This document shows, one piece after another, positions 48,042 to 61,394 of a DNA stretch of 64,000 bases. The notes under the pieces are model-generated. The model was not told the origin of the DNA. It did not search any database and worked only from the letters and a program-made list of their open reading frames with translations. The DNA is from Narcine bancroftii (taxonomy: Eukaryota). Made by a program: the position numbers and the translations under genes. How positions within the stretch are numbered: the first letter of the stretch is position 1; every line of letters starts with the position of its first letter. Where the stretch lies: assembly GCF_036971445.1 (NCBI RefSeq), contig NC_091470.1, positions 158,534,001 to 158,598,000 on the forward strand, given 5' to 3'.

Positions 48042-48141
48042 GTCGAGCTTGGCTGTATCTTGCATTAAATGAGAATTCATTAGAGAGCTACTTGCGCTTA
48101 TTCTGGGAAAATCAGACCCTGCTCTATAAGTATTACTTCAA
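48042..48141 (+). CDS. PLEKHM2: PLEKHM2 exon 4
   Basis: Encodes (S)RAWLYLALNENSLESYLRLFWENQTLLYKYYF(K). Splice sites ccttag| and |gtaagt. Confidence 0.97.
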
Positions 48142-49271
48142 GTAAGTCCATCTTGGTTAGATCAAATCGAATTATCAAGACTTTTAGCAGATGACTCTGG
48201 AATGAATGATTGACCATAAGAATATAGATGTAGGAGCTCAGCAGAGACCATTGGAATGGAAAAGAAGGGTAGGTCCTCTTGCTCATCAGACTTGCTGTGC
48301 AAAATTGTGCAAATTTCTTCTGTGGGATAAGCTTAAAAAGAACTGGTGTAATGTGAAACACATGTTGCAATAGGAATTTGTTGTTGGATAGTTTCTGAGG
48401 TGGTTTGTTATTCATCATTCCTCTCCTTTAAAATAAAATCTTCAAATTGCAAGGGAAAATTCAACTATATAGTTTTTTTAGGAAAGTCCAACATTTTAGA
48501 AGCATAACGTTTTAGGAGATTACACAAGGATGGGGTCACAGCAAGATGGAAAGTCAAATTATTATTAACTGCCAGAAAGGTATACTGGGATCGCCAAATT
48601 CTGACGATAAATGAATGTAAAGATGAGATTGTTCGTGTTGACTCTTGCACCCCCAAGTTAGTGTTTTAGGGAGCTGACTAGGTAGGAACCACTTTTTTTC
48701 TTGGAACAATAACCACACTTACAGGAATTATCTCCAATGTGAATGCATGGTGTAACAGCACTGATTTACCACAGCTTTCAAACAAAGAATGCACTCGCTT
48801 GTTTCTTTCAGCACATCATGAAGACGACTTTCTTTATTATTCACTAGACCACAGCATTGCATTCTTCAGCTCTGACTTTGTCACTCTCACTTTCTTCCTC
48901 CTGCATCTGAGATCCATCACCTGTGTACTAACAATCAACGTACCTGTGCATGTGCATGATTACCCCCCGTGCATCACATTGCTTACATCATCAGCGGCAA
49001 CTGGCACTGCTCCTGACAAAGGGAAGTACGCGACCGTGACATGGCTTGTGCACACTTTTTCCAGTCTAGGTTAATATCCTAAGCAACAGTTTTTTTTTAA
49101 AGCATTGAAACTAGAGTTGTCATTATAACTGCATATACTTCATTTTTATTATCTTTTGTGGAATATTATGGCTCAAAACCTGAAGAAACCACATTGTACT
49201 TGCACTGTAATCACACACACATGATTTGGTCACATCAGTGGAACAGAATTTTTGTATTCCAGAACTGCAGG

Positions 49272-50334
49272 TGTGACAGTATATAGAAATATTTTTGGGA
49301 GATAAATTGGGAAAGGTTAGAGTAGGAGTTACATACAAACACTTTAAAACAAATCTTATTTGAAATACTGGAGACTTCATGTCCACGGTGACTTTACAGA
49401 AACTTTGAAGAGTGCCTATGGAGACGTCACAAGTAGGTGTTATTTGGATTGATGTTTGGAATAAATGGACTATTGTCTTTAAAGCATAGGAGACATAGTG
49501 GCTTCTCACACCTTTTTGCACGAGCTTTGAAGTGTGCTCAGAGGTCACTGGTTCTTGTTTACCCAAAAGCAACAGGTGAAAGGGCAGGCTGGTGCCTTAT
49601 TGTCTGCAGAAGACTTGCTGTTGTAAGAGGGTCGTGTGGTTTAGCAAGCAGAGAGAGTCAAACAGGCTGTCTCAGTGTCAGAATGTGTGAGAGAGGGAGA
49701 GACAGCAGAGTCAAGCAGCAGAAGTTGCTGGAACTGAAACAGAAGCTCTGGTGTGGAAGATGGCCTAGTCAGCCCTTGTGAGGAGAGGTCTGGCTGTCTA
49801 ATGTTTCATTTGGAATAGGAAAAACAGAAAGGAACTCTATGGTGACCTGAAAGAAAGAGGTTATCATCTGGAGAACCCTGACGGGCAAGTTTCATCAGCA
49901 AGACTCTGAGGTGATTGAGGAAAATACCTCAGTTGTGGATGTCCTGGAACCACAAATATCTCCCTCTGAAAACCAACAAGAACCTTCCTGAGCGGTAATC
50001 ATTAACCTTTTGAGCACCAAAGCCTGGTGAACTGTATACATGTTAAATTCTGTGCACAGTAAAAGAATTGCCTGCAACCAGTGAACTTGGAGGAATGAGA
50101 AGTGAGATTTGCCTGTGAACCCAAAGAACTTTTCTGAACTTTCATACACATTACACACATGTACGCTTAGAATTAGATGGGAATTGTTAGGTTAAGTAAG
50201 TTAATAATAGATGAGTTAAAGTTTGTTTCTATTTTCTTGTTTAAAGATAATTTAAAGCAACTTTTTTTAAGTAACAATTTGTCTTGGTGAATATCTATTA
50301 CTGCTGGGTTTTGGGGTCCTTTGGGCTCATAACA
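49272..50334. mobile_element. Solo LTR, family B (full length, about 1.06 kb)
   Basis: Termini TGTGACAG...TCATAACA with a 4-bp TSD CAGG (49268-49271 and 50335-50338), consistent with Gypsy-type integration. Confidence 0.88.
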
Positions 50335-50782
50335 CAGGAACAGCTATAATAGATAATAAAGCTATAGCCCCAACTTTGCCATATGTTATTTAGAAGCATT
50401 CTTAAAATATGAAATGCCAAATGGTGAAATTAATTAAAGACTCAATTTTAAATAGTTTAAAAATGTTGAACAAAATTCACAGAATTCAAAACATAATTTT
50501 ATCATTTATAAAATCATAATTCAAAAGTATTACCTCACCAATCCTGGGCCAGGTATAGCCTGAGGTTTTGCGAACATGTTCCCCGATGTAAATGTTGTTT
50601 TGAGGTGCCTGGTGCCAGGGATCTTATTATGATTTCTGTTTCAGTTGTCAATTTATAAACCCCACTGTGCATGAAAGAATTTCCAAAGCAAGCCTCCACT
50701 TTTACAAGCATAACAAATGTATATATCTTTTTTATATAAACAGTGATGGTCTTATTGATCTGTGTTTCATTCAAATCCTAAG

Positions 50783-50870
50783 GAATGCCCTGGTCTGTAG
50801 TCATGATCACTTGACCCTCTTCCTCACACTTGTTTCTGGTCTGGAATTCATCAGATTTGAATTGGAGCTG
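50783..50870 (+). CDS. PLEKHM2: PLEKHM2 exon 5
   Basis: Encodes NALVCSHDHLTLFLTLVSGLEFIRFELEL. Splice sites cctaag| and |gtaaga. Confidence 0.96.
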
Positions 50871-51585
50871 GTAAGAAAAATGCCACCTTTAAAGCACTGA
50901 AAAGAATAAATGGTTCATTTGGCGATTTTTGCTGAGGAGAGGTGAATGGTCAGAGGTTCTTAAAGCAAGATTTCTTTTCCTTAGTATTAATGTAATGCTA
51001 TGAGAAAACATCAAGGGAGTTGGGGGTAAAAAGCCAGTACTTGTATGATAAATGTGTGTACTTAAAAAATATCTCCCAGTGCCCCATTGCACTAAGATAT
51101 TTTTTGTTCCAAACGTTTCCTGATGTAGACTTTCACAGAGCTGTTTTCAACAAGGAAGCAAATTTACCAAGAATGGCTTTAACATTGTATTTGAGTTTAG
51201 TGATTCCTAGAAAATGTAGCTGCCTTCGAAGCAGCCATTAATAGCCAGTATAAATTGTGATTTGCTTAGAGTAAAAATAGGTTTATAGTATCGCTTATTA
51301 TTAGTGATTTTATATGGTCTATGGAAAGCATTAGTATAATGAACTGAAATGCTTTCCACTTCCATTATATTCTGATATCCTGTAATGCTGCTTGATTTTA
51401 AATGTAAATTGTCCGTTTTTTTAAAAAAAAAACCCTGAGCTATTCATTCTGGAGCCAGAGGGTTAAAATGCAGGTTTTGTCAACAGGATTTATTTTGTAT
51501 CTGATCTTCACAAAAACATTAGAAAATGTTTGGTTTGGGTCAGTGTCCACTCATCAAGCAATCTGTTTTGTTTTTTTAATTCTAG

Positions 51586-51772
51586 GATGTTCCTTACCTT
51601 GACTTGGCACCATACATGCCTGAATATTACAAGCCACAGCACTTGCTAGACTTTGAAGAGCGTTTGCCCAATTCTATGCATGGTTCTGACAGCCTCTCCC
51701 TCAATTCATACAACTCTGTCACCTCCACCAATCTGGAATGGGATGATAGTGCCATCGCACCCTCCAGTGAGG
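51586..51772 (+). CDS. PLEKHM2: PLEKHM2 exon 6 (first W-acidic KLC-binding motif LEWDD)
   Basis: Encodes DVPYLDLAPYMPEYYKPQHLLDFEERLPNSMHGSDSLSLNSYNSVTSTNLEWDDSAIAPSSE. Splice sites ttctag| and |gtaagt. Confidence 0.98.
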
Positions 51773-54700
51773 GTAAGTGTCAGGTTTTGCTTTAATCGAA
51801 CAGAGCTTTTTAAATCTAATTACATACACCTTCCCCTTGCATTAAGTAATGTCCTTGAGCTCTAAACTGATTTTGATGAGGTTTTAGACTGAATAGATAG
51901 ATGGTATGTATACCTTAAAATTCTATTCAGTGCCAGTGTCACTTCTGGGAATACCTGCCTAGTACTTCAAAATGAAGGCTGTGCATTATGAGAGTAGTCA
52001 TGCCTGCAATGTCTTTGGTAACAGAATAAGCCCATTGATACTTCCAATCTCAGCATTTGAGTGGAATAAGATGGCAAGTATGTCAAGTGTCAGAAAGTGA
52101 GATAGATGAAGGGTTATTGATTTTGATGCTTTTCCACATGCTGTGCAATTCTATTAAGGGAGTGAGGGATTTCTTTTGTTATCTAGTAAAATCTTTAAAG
52201 CAATTATCATTAGTAGAGATAATATGCATAATTTCTAGCTTGATGATCAAGGAGAAATGCATGTAACACAAAATAATTCTGGAAATAATAGCCAAAATAA
52301 ATACGAAGTTATTCAAAATGTACGTATACCTTCGTAATGAGGAAATTACTTTATTCTGTCTTTGTCAGCACTCTTCATATGGGATGTTGTACTGCAGTGG
52401 GCCTTTTTATGAATTCATAAGATTTGCATTGTTCAATAGCCAGATTGTGTATGTTCTCTGGGACTTGTGTGGTTTAACACATGCAGTTTGCAAAGTTGTG
52501 GATTTGCAATGGGCAAATAGGAAGATAGTTCATCAGAGGTATAGATGTCTCCCATGCTGTTTACACAGTAACTTCCATCCATATTCTGGGATCATTTTTT
52601 ATATTCAATGATGGATAGAAGTCACGAGTGAAAGTTGGGAAAAAGTTGTTCCTTGTTTGGTGCGCTTGAAATGCGTGATTTTGTTACATATGAACAAATG
52701 GTAAATGTATATTGGTCTCAATTTCTGTGAGCACTCTTAGCGCGCTTACTGAGTGTTCTAAACAGTAAATGTTGGATCCACGTAGTAACTAGCTGTCAAA
52801 TGCTGTGCTGTCCTTGACACAAATCAAGTATGTGAAAGTTGGACTATCATATTTCCCATTCACCATCTGCTGGTGACACCTATACCTGTGCCATGATGGG
52901 ATCCAACAATCAATTTATTAAGCTGCAGACAAAACCCTTATTTTGTTTTTTCTGCCTTCTGTGCAGTCCAAGCCATGAATATCTGAACTCTAAATCTTTG
53001 CAAGTTAAGGTTCTTTTTTTTTTAACCATATGTCGAGAAACCTCCCTCCATAAAATGGGTGCAGATCTACCATCACAAGAATGCTCCGGACACATCAACT
53101 ACAGTACCTTGATCCAGAGTGGCATACTTTAACATATTGCAGCAGCCTTTGGAAATTTAATCACATAGAACCTTAACCTTATTCAGCAGGCTTGGAAGGA
53201 TAAGTATTGGGGTAGAGAAATTTATTATTGAATCAACAGGATCTGTTGCTCTTCCTCATGCTTTCAGCAGTCAACTGTGTGTGGCTGACATTTGATGTAT
53301 GTGCTATAATTTCACCAAAAGGTCAATAATTTTTAATATGGAACAATTCTTGTTTTGGGCATTTAACTGGTGTTTGGTCAAAACCTTAGTCTTGGCATTG
53401 CAGCAATTGACCAACATCTTGCCACTGGCATTAAGGAAAGAAATTAAACGCTGGCCTTGTCTGGAATGTTCTTTCTGGATAAAAATAAACTAAGATTGTA
53501 ATTCAGCGAAGTATGCTAAGGAAGGTTCATATTACCAGCAAAATCATGGTTTTGACCGGTGGTTCTGGCTGTGTCTGTAAGTGACAACTGACACACCTCG
53601 CTTGCAACATCTAAAACACTCGCTTCCATATTGTGCGAAGGGAACATCATAACCGATCCTGAATTCTAAGTAAAGACTCTCTGGCTCTCCAGGCACTGCA
53701 GCTGATGTCATGATATTAATATAGCATTAGTCAGAAGTTTTTTTTTTTGGTGTTATATTTGATCTCTGTCGTTTCTAACCTATTAAAAGGAAAGGATTAG
53801 CGTATCAGAGGGGAACTGAAAGGGAATATAACAAATCAATCATTTGAACAGATAAAGGCAAGTCATAATCAGTTGAAGATTTCAAAAGAACTGATTTTTA
53901 AAAAATTATTGAAACGATGCTTTCATTTGGGAAATTCATAATTGGTGTTAATGAACCTATAAATGATACACCGAGAAGATGAGGAATCCACTGGCACACG
54001 AGATGGAGAAGTCGATTTTTCTTTTTAAAATATTTTTAAGTTGATAGAGAAATATTACGTGTATATTGTTTAGATATTAATTATATAGCTTTTATATAAT
54101 GCAAAACAGAATGAGTCATGTAAATTATACATTGTCATATAATTCTTGAAAAAAATGAAAAATCCTTATGAGAATTTGTATTCTAATATTGGGATATACA
54201 TTGTGATTATCTAAATAGACCAATCTCTTCTAGTAGTAGAAAAAACGAAAATAAGAACAAAAGAAAAAAAGGAAGGAATAAAAAACATATTAATCTAACC
54301 CCTCCCACTAAACACAGTCACCAGCAAATAAATTGTAAAGAATCGAGTATCAGCTTTCAGACATCGGATATAGAACCCCGGAGTACCTCAGCTGAATTAA
54401 TCAAATTATGATCATAGTCCATGAATGGGCCCCATATCTTGTCAAATTCAACCTTGATCTCTTTAACATTAGATCTCATTTTATCCAAACTCAAGCAACA
54501 CACAACATCCTGTTATGTATCCTACATAGCGTCAACTTGCATACAAGTTGACGCTATGTAGTTCTTCCAACTTGCCAAAATTGTTCATCTGGCCATCAAT
54601 TAAGTAAAAGCTATTCTTTTTTGAGTTGAATTCAAGGAAATCCTCTCTTCTAGAGAAAAACTAAACAAAGCAATAAAAGGACACGGTTCTAAGAATCTGT

Positions 54701-55284
54701 GATAGAGAATTGTTCCCAATATTCTTGTAGTTGGAGACATTGATTTATCATTGTATGTTGTGTGGATTGCATCCAGCCTGCAGTTGAAATGATCTACACC
54801 ACATGTACCGAACATCTATTAATTCTACAAACTTCTTAACACTGAATTTATCTACCAAACAGTAACTTACTAAATAGGAAAATAAACCCATGTAATGGCA
54901 TATCTTCCCATTGCTAATCTCTGTAAAGTGTGAACATCTTTACATTTGTTCCTGCAGTGCGTTGGAGGGACAGCATTTTTACAGGGCCAAGTGCAGGTAT
55001 GTACCATCTTCTCTGGGAAGAGACAAAATATTTCCCTATCACCTGGGAGATGCAGATCAGACTTTTGTTTAGGGGGAAAAGCACAGCCCTCATCAGGCCT
55101 GTCAACAACACAAATGGATAGAATCCAATGATTTGGCTACTGAATCCTTTACAAAAATGCAGAATAAACTATTAGGACTTGGATTTCTCAGGTCAGGAGA
55201 ATTGATGTCAAAGAAACAAAATCTTTGATGCTGTGATACTAGTAAAAGCAAAGATGAATAATTTGAGGAAAGTAAAAACACAAT

Positions 55285-55490
55285 GCTGGAGTACCAGCGA
55301 TCAGGATGGACCAGGGTTCGAGTCCCATACAGTCTAATAGGAGTTTGTACATTCTGTGTGGGTTTTCTCCGGGGTCTCTGGTTTCCTTCCATCATTCAAA
55401 ATGTACCAGGGTATAGGTTAATGGAGTGTAAATTGGACACCACAGACCCCTGGGCCAAAATGGCCTATTACAGGGCTTCATGTCTAAATT
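55285..55490 (+). mobile_element. V-SINE (HE1-like)
   Basis: B box gggttcgagtccc, core ggagtttgtacattc and tail tgggccaaaatggcc. Confidence 0.75.
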
Positions 55491-57218
55491 CAAAAATAAG
55501 ATGGTCTGAATAGAACCCTCATTGTGGTAACAGTCATGCTAATATATTTGAATAACTTTTCAACATATTTCTTTGAAAATATAATGGGTGGGAAATATGA
55601 AATTGAAAAGCCTTGACCTGAGCTTTAACCTAATCCACAACCATCGGAACAGATGAGAAGATGGCACTAAATGTTGGTTTAAAAATAGCAGTAAATAGTG
55701 GGTTTGTTGGGGGAAACTGGAAAGCATGAACTATTGCTTTTCAAACCGATTTTATCATATTCTGCTGTTTCATGTTCTGATGCCTGTGTTATTTACACAG
55801 TCATCTAATGTCTCAAAAATGAATTACTTTTGTATTAGGATCTTTCATATTAGAATCCCCACACTGAGTAAATAGATATGAGAATAGAGATCAAGATCTA
55901 ATGAGAACTTTTTAATTGTTGCTTCATTAAGGAGAGCTTGTATAATACCGCAGCTGTTATTTTTGATATAATACCATACTTGTATTTGGCCTGGCCTGTG
56001 TGCCTGTGAGGGATTGAAGGATGTGTATCTGTGGAGCTTTCTGCTATTGTAAGTTAACATTTTTAGAATATGGATCAAAAATTACAGGCTCGATTAATTC
56101 CAATGAATTTCAAACTACTTTGCACCGTCCCAAGACTTTGAAGCGCTGTTTGAACCTTTTGTCAAAAGTGCATATATACTTGAGCCATTGTACTTGGGGT
56201 AATTGTGCATTTTTCATTTCAGATATTTTGTTTTAAATTCATGGGATTTTTGTCATTGTGAGCCAGGGCACAATTTCCATCGAGAAGTTTTTATGTAGGT
56301 ACTTCCACTGATCTTTTTGGCATTGCAACATTTTAGCATGCCAGAATGTAATATATGAATTACCTGTATGAGGTTGAAGATTGTAGTTAACTAAACTAAG
56401 TTCAATTGCATTATTTATCACAAACGCAAAGTATATTGGACCTACATCAACCAATAGCTGCTCTGATTTTTTTTTTAACTGTTTAGATTAAAGGGGAGCT
56501 TGTATGTATTAAGTGTTCACACCTCTGATCTGGCTTATTATTGGCAATAGTGATATGCTAAAACAAAAATGAGATTGCTACTTTCAGATGAATATGTGAT
56601 TTAAGTGAGTAAAAGTTTACATTGGATCGGATGTTTGGCTGATTATGTGATTTGTCCCACACAGTATGCATACAAGAAAACTGAATCAGCAGTTTTTTTT
56701 AAGATTATCAGCCTTCCAAATATAAAAAAAATGTTTTTCCTTTCTTCTAATGAGTTCTCCACTATTCAAGATCAGATATTACTTTTACTTATTTCAGTAC
56801 TCTGTATCATCAGGTTGGATGTAAAGTTAAAATAGCTTCCATCTGAAACGAAATAGCATTTCACTTTCAATTTCTGTTTCAAAGTAAGATAGCCAGTTAG
56901 GAATAGTTTTGTAAAAGGATTGAGTTGAGATTAACTATTGGAACTTTCAACTACAAACTTTCAATCCCAAAGTTCTTGAAAATGGTGGAAAAATATTGTT
57001 CTCAGCTCTAAAAGGAAAGGCAGGTGCTCGGTATTGTAGGTCAACACGAGACAGATGGTTGAAGGGCCAATTTGAATGGATTTATCCCTAGGTGGAGTGA
57101 AATTGCTAGGAATGCTTTTATTTCTGAAATAAGATGGGGATGTCATATTATTTGACAGTGGTTTTGTACTGTTATCAATTTTTGTGTTTTTTTTTTCTTT
57201 CTCCTCTTTCAATTATAG

Positions 57219-57278
57219 ATTATGATTTTGGAGATGTGTTTTCTGCTGCACAGTCCATACCCAGCACTGACTGGGAAG
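57219..57278 (+). CDS. PLEKHM2: PLEKHM2 exon 7 (60-nt symmetric exon, second W-acidic motif TDWE)
   Basis: Encodes (D)YDFGDVFSAAQSIPSTDWE. It has a long polypyrimidine tract with ttatag| and a donor |gtggga. Confidence 0.95.
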
Positions 57279-57731
57279 GTGGGACTTTCTCAGATTTGTG
57301 CTCACATTCTGCTGACTGCTGCATGCTCTATCCCTAACCCTGTCTGTCAGATATGCTGCATGCCTTGCCAGGGCTGCTTCCAGTGATCGTATATGTTTGC
57401 ATTTGGGAGTGTGTCAGGCAGTACTTGAATATTGTGATCTGAAAACAATAATAGAAATGCTTCATAATCTGGTGATGAGCTTCTGACTACAATCAGACCT
57501 CGTATAATTTGGCTGGCTTGCAGAAATCTTCATTGCAATTTGTTTTCTTTTTTCAGAAGGCAATTAATATAATTCTTTACACATTTCAAGAATTTTTAAA
57601 AAAATAAATAAATTTGAAGTCACAGCACAAGTGAACTATTAGTCATATCTTGCTAAGTATCCAGAATCTGATGCTCATTGGAAGGGGTTCATTTAACGAG
57701 ATCTACTATTCATTGGCACAGGTGTGTTTAA

Positions 57732-57951
57732 CCCTTTGGACTCCGTGTCCATTTTCAGGGACTACCAACAAGCCCATATATTCCATGTCCTGGTTTTAAG
57801 GGACTACCAGCAAGCGGGTGTCCCTGTTTTCCAGGACTGGTTTTGTACCTGATCACCAGCGGGTTTGTACTGATGTCGTACTGTAGTTTACCCATGGACC
57901 TAGTCTGGATTATATATTATGAAAGGTTAAAAATGCCTGGAGTCCAAAGGT
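57732..57951. mobile_element. piggyBac-like MITE
   Basis: TTAA|ccctttggactcc ... ggagtccaaaggt|TTAA. The internal tgtcc..tttt..ggact units are repeated three times. Confidence 0.8.
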
Positions 57952-58359
57952 TTAACGAAACTTATCTCTTTTGTTGGCCTCGATTGTTTCTTTAGGAAGG
58001 ATTACTTTCCACTAAAATTTGATGCATATGGAATAATTTGATTTGATTTCACTGATCATGATTTTGGCTTTGAATAGCTTTAAATAAATTTTAAGACTAT
58101 GTTCAAGTATATTATTTTTAATTTGGATTGACCCTTGACCTATTTTAGTTATATATTTTCCATAATATTTTGTCCAAAACTTTAGAAATCCATGAACAAA
58201 GTACGTAACAAGGAGTTAATTTTGTGACTCAAATCCATTTCCACGTCTACCAGTCACAAATGGAATACTTCTAAGTTCTGGTATTTTTAAGATTGTAACT
58301 ACCACTGAGATGAGTCGCCTGAAGCCCTGTGATCCTTATTACTTTCCAGATCAAGGTAG

Positions 58360-58530
58360 TTTTACATGGTATGGGAGTTTGATGGTAGCGGAGTGAAGAG
58401 GGCGTAGCCTGGATGGTGGGGGGGTGGGGGTCCCTGAAGATGGAGACTGCTTTCTTAAGACTCTGCATCGTGTAGATGTCCTTGATGGAGTGGAAGGCTG
58501 CTGCTCATAATGTCCCAAGCTATTTCTACA
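58360..58530 (-). mobile_element. Rex-like LINE fragment
   Basis: Minus-strand LKKAVSIFRDPHP remnant. Confidence 0.6.
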
Positions 58531-59424
58531 GCACCTTCTAAACCATCAAACTGAATAAGACCAAGCTGATGAGGTCCACCTTCCACCCCTATCTGCAGAT
58601 TCCCCTTCCAGTCCTATACCTTGATTGAGAATAATGCCCTATTCTTTCATTATCAGGCAGAAAGGACCAGTAAGGATTAGACATTAAATCCTGGCCCTGC
58701 TGATTCTTTGGATTAGCTGTTATTAATTTGGTCCAAGCCCAAAGCTGGCATCCTAATTGATAGTGAAAAGGGTAGGGGAGGGGAATTCATCAATTTAGTT
58801 CTTGTGTTATGATGCTTTTAAGTTTTAAAAAAAATGGAGGTTTTGAAAGATCTTCTCAATACCCTCAGTGACCTCTGTCATCTCATGATTATTTCAATGC
58901 ATTGTATGTTTGACTCCTTCCCAGAATGAGTTACCTGGAAAGATGGTGTACCCCAAGCGAGGTACCCAGAATAACCAAGCAGTGACTCCTCTGTTGTATT
59001 ATTGCTCACTGCCTATTTTCCATTGTTATTCCTTTATGGTTCTAATTCATTCCCAGATTTTGTGTGACTGCAGGTGGGTGCAGATTTGAAAAATGTTTGT
59101 AGTCAACCCTTTGTCTTATTTGGCACCAAGAAGGGATATTTCCGTAAAATGTATTAATAGGCAATTCCCATTAAGGAAATCACAACGTCTTTTATTGACA
59201 TTGCATATCCACCATTTGGTGATGATAAATTTACTTACTACTTGCTTAAAATATTCTGAGATTGCATCAGATTCCAATTGATAAATCTGATTTAATTTTT
59301 AGACAGATATTTTCCTCATTTCTTTGAGTGTTATTTGTTTAAATGCACTCTTGTTTTCTTATCCTGTTAGGCTTGTTAGTGTTTAAGGTCATCAGAGGTG
59401 ACCTTGTTTTATGAACACCAGAGT

Positions 59425-59645
59425 TAGTATGGGGGTGCAATGCTGTTTCAGTGCTAGCGACCCAATTTGAATCTGACACTGTCTGTGAGGAGTTTGTACA
59501 TTCTCCCTGTGTCTGCGTGGGTTTCCTCTGGGTGCTCCACTTTCCTCCCACATTTCAAGAGCATACTGAGATTTGTAGGTTAATCGGGGTATTTGGACGG
59601 TACAGACTCGTGGGCCAGAAGGGCTTGTTACCATGTTGTGGCTAA
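59425..59645 (+). mobile_element. V-SINE (HE1-like)
   Basis: Core ggagtttgtacattctccctgtgtctgcgtgggtttcctctgggtgctcc. Confidence 0.8.
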
Positions 59646-59759
59646 ATTTAAAATCCAGAGCTCTTTGGTACTCCTGACCATCTGTCAGATCATAACGTTA
59701 TTATATCAGTAGAGACATAGAGCCCACCAAGTCCACCATTAGAACTAATCCTAGAACTA

Positions 59760-60460
59760 AAAAAATGGTGGTGCTGCCACAGTTATGGACTGGGGAGTGG
59801 AGATACAGCGCACCTCCAGTGGATTCTACTGTCCAATTCTTTGATCAACTACTCCCTACTGGTTTTAAACTTTTTTTATTTTAAAATTCTATGACACTGG
59901 AGTCTGGGTGAAGGGTGGCAAATTCCAGAAAAGCAGAGGACTGGTGCAATGCACCAGAAAACTGGGAGACACCCCGCCCCCTGACCTGACAGGATGGTAA
60001 GGGACTATGCGGCAGAAGAGCACACATGTGGCAGATGTTGGCAATTTGCAGTCAAAGGACTCGCACCAGGCTGTGGACTACTGGAGACTGACTGAAGAGT
60101 GTGTAAAAGGGCACCAGGTATCAGAACTGGGATGGAAGAGGGAACAAAAGTGGTAGGGACTCCTGAGGGGCTCTCGGATATTGAAGGCTTCCTGATTGTG
60201 TTGGTATTTTGGATCTGGAGCTTGGGTGGCTGATGGTTTACACAAGTCTGTGTGGCTGCAGAGGCTAAGGGAACGCTCGAGGTGAACCCACGGACACTCA
60301 GTGACTGAAGGGATTCTCTTTCACTTCTCTTTCTTGGACTGTAAGGGGCGCTGGGCAATTTCTGCTGATGGTAAATCTTTGTGTCTTATGGCCAACTAAA
60401 TGCAATTTTGTGTAATATTAGATCTGTTTTTTACATGACAATAAAAGAATCTTGAATCCC
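59760..60460 (+). mobile_element. Probable non-autonomous retroelement with Rex-type 3' tail
   Basis: Ends catgacaataaaagaatcttgaatc, like the Rex-type tails elsewhere in the window. No coding remnant recognised. Confidence 0.35.
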
Positions 60461-61162
60461 TTTTTATTGTTCACCCCACCACCCCTACTCATTGAATGCC
60501 AAGGATACAGTGGAAACCCATGAAGTCCCAAGAATTATGTGCAAATTTCACATTCCAAACAGGAAACACTAGTGGTCAGAGTTGAGTCACAGGAGCTCAA
60601 CTAGCTGCATCACTTCGAGCAAGGGCTTCAGTACAGGGGTGGCACTCGGTAACCTTTTACTTGAACTAAATAAATATAAAGTTTGTTCAAACTAGACTCT
60701 GGTTAAGAGAAGCTTCTGAATTTAAGTGTTTATGCCTTCTTTCATCCTTACCCAATGAATTATAGCAAAATATTTTTATCAGGGACCATATTGATTTATA
60801 GTTTTCCACCTGCCACAAGGTATTGCATTTAGATAGGGATTTTTGGGGGAGCAAAATCATTAAACCTGGAAATTTATTGTGAATTCTACAAATGTAAATA
60901 TTTATTGTAACCACTTGCCGTCAAATGAGGGTGCTTGTGATTGTAAATGTAGGGTTAGAGATACAGTTCTAATCTGTGCTGAGATCCCTAAATTGGAGAT
61001 TTTTACTGCACACTAATTTATCACTTTTTTTTCCTACCTCAAATAACCAATTCTCATTGCTACTCTGGCATTTTATTTAATGAAAAAAAAATTCAATCAA
61101 TTAAAAATAATCGGATATAAACATTTGACCCCTGTGTTTTTGTGATTACTTTTTATCCGTAG

Positions 61163-61394
61163 AGGGTGAATTGACGGACACAGTCAGTAGCTGCCCTCGA
61201 TCTGGAACCTCCGAGAGTTTGCTGGTGAACACAAGGAGCCCCACCCAGCGCTATAACCCCTTTAACAGTGAGAAAACTGAATCTCCACATGCACCAGAAG
61301 GCAATGTGATGCAAAGCACTGAATCTAAGGGAGAAGAGAACATATCAGATCTCCAGGATACCCCCAAGAATACCGTGGAACTTGAAGTAATCAG
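61163..61394 (+). CDS. PLEKHM2: PLEKHM2 exon 8
   Basis: Encodes (E)GELTDTVSSCPRS...RSPTQRYNPFN...VELEVI(R). Splice sites ccgtag| and |gtcagt. Confidence 0.95.

Noticed and set aside
52729-52758. Small hairpin gagcactc...gagtgttc as an ncRNA
   Set aside because: The stem is short, with no snoRNA, miRNA or tRNA hallmarks.
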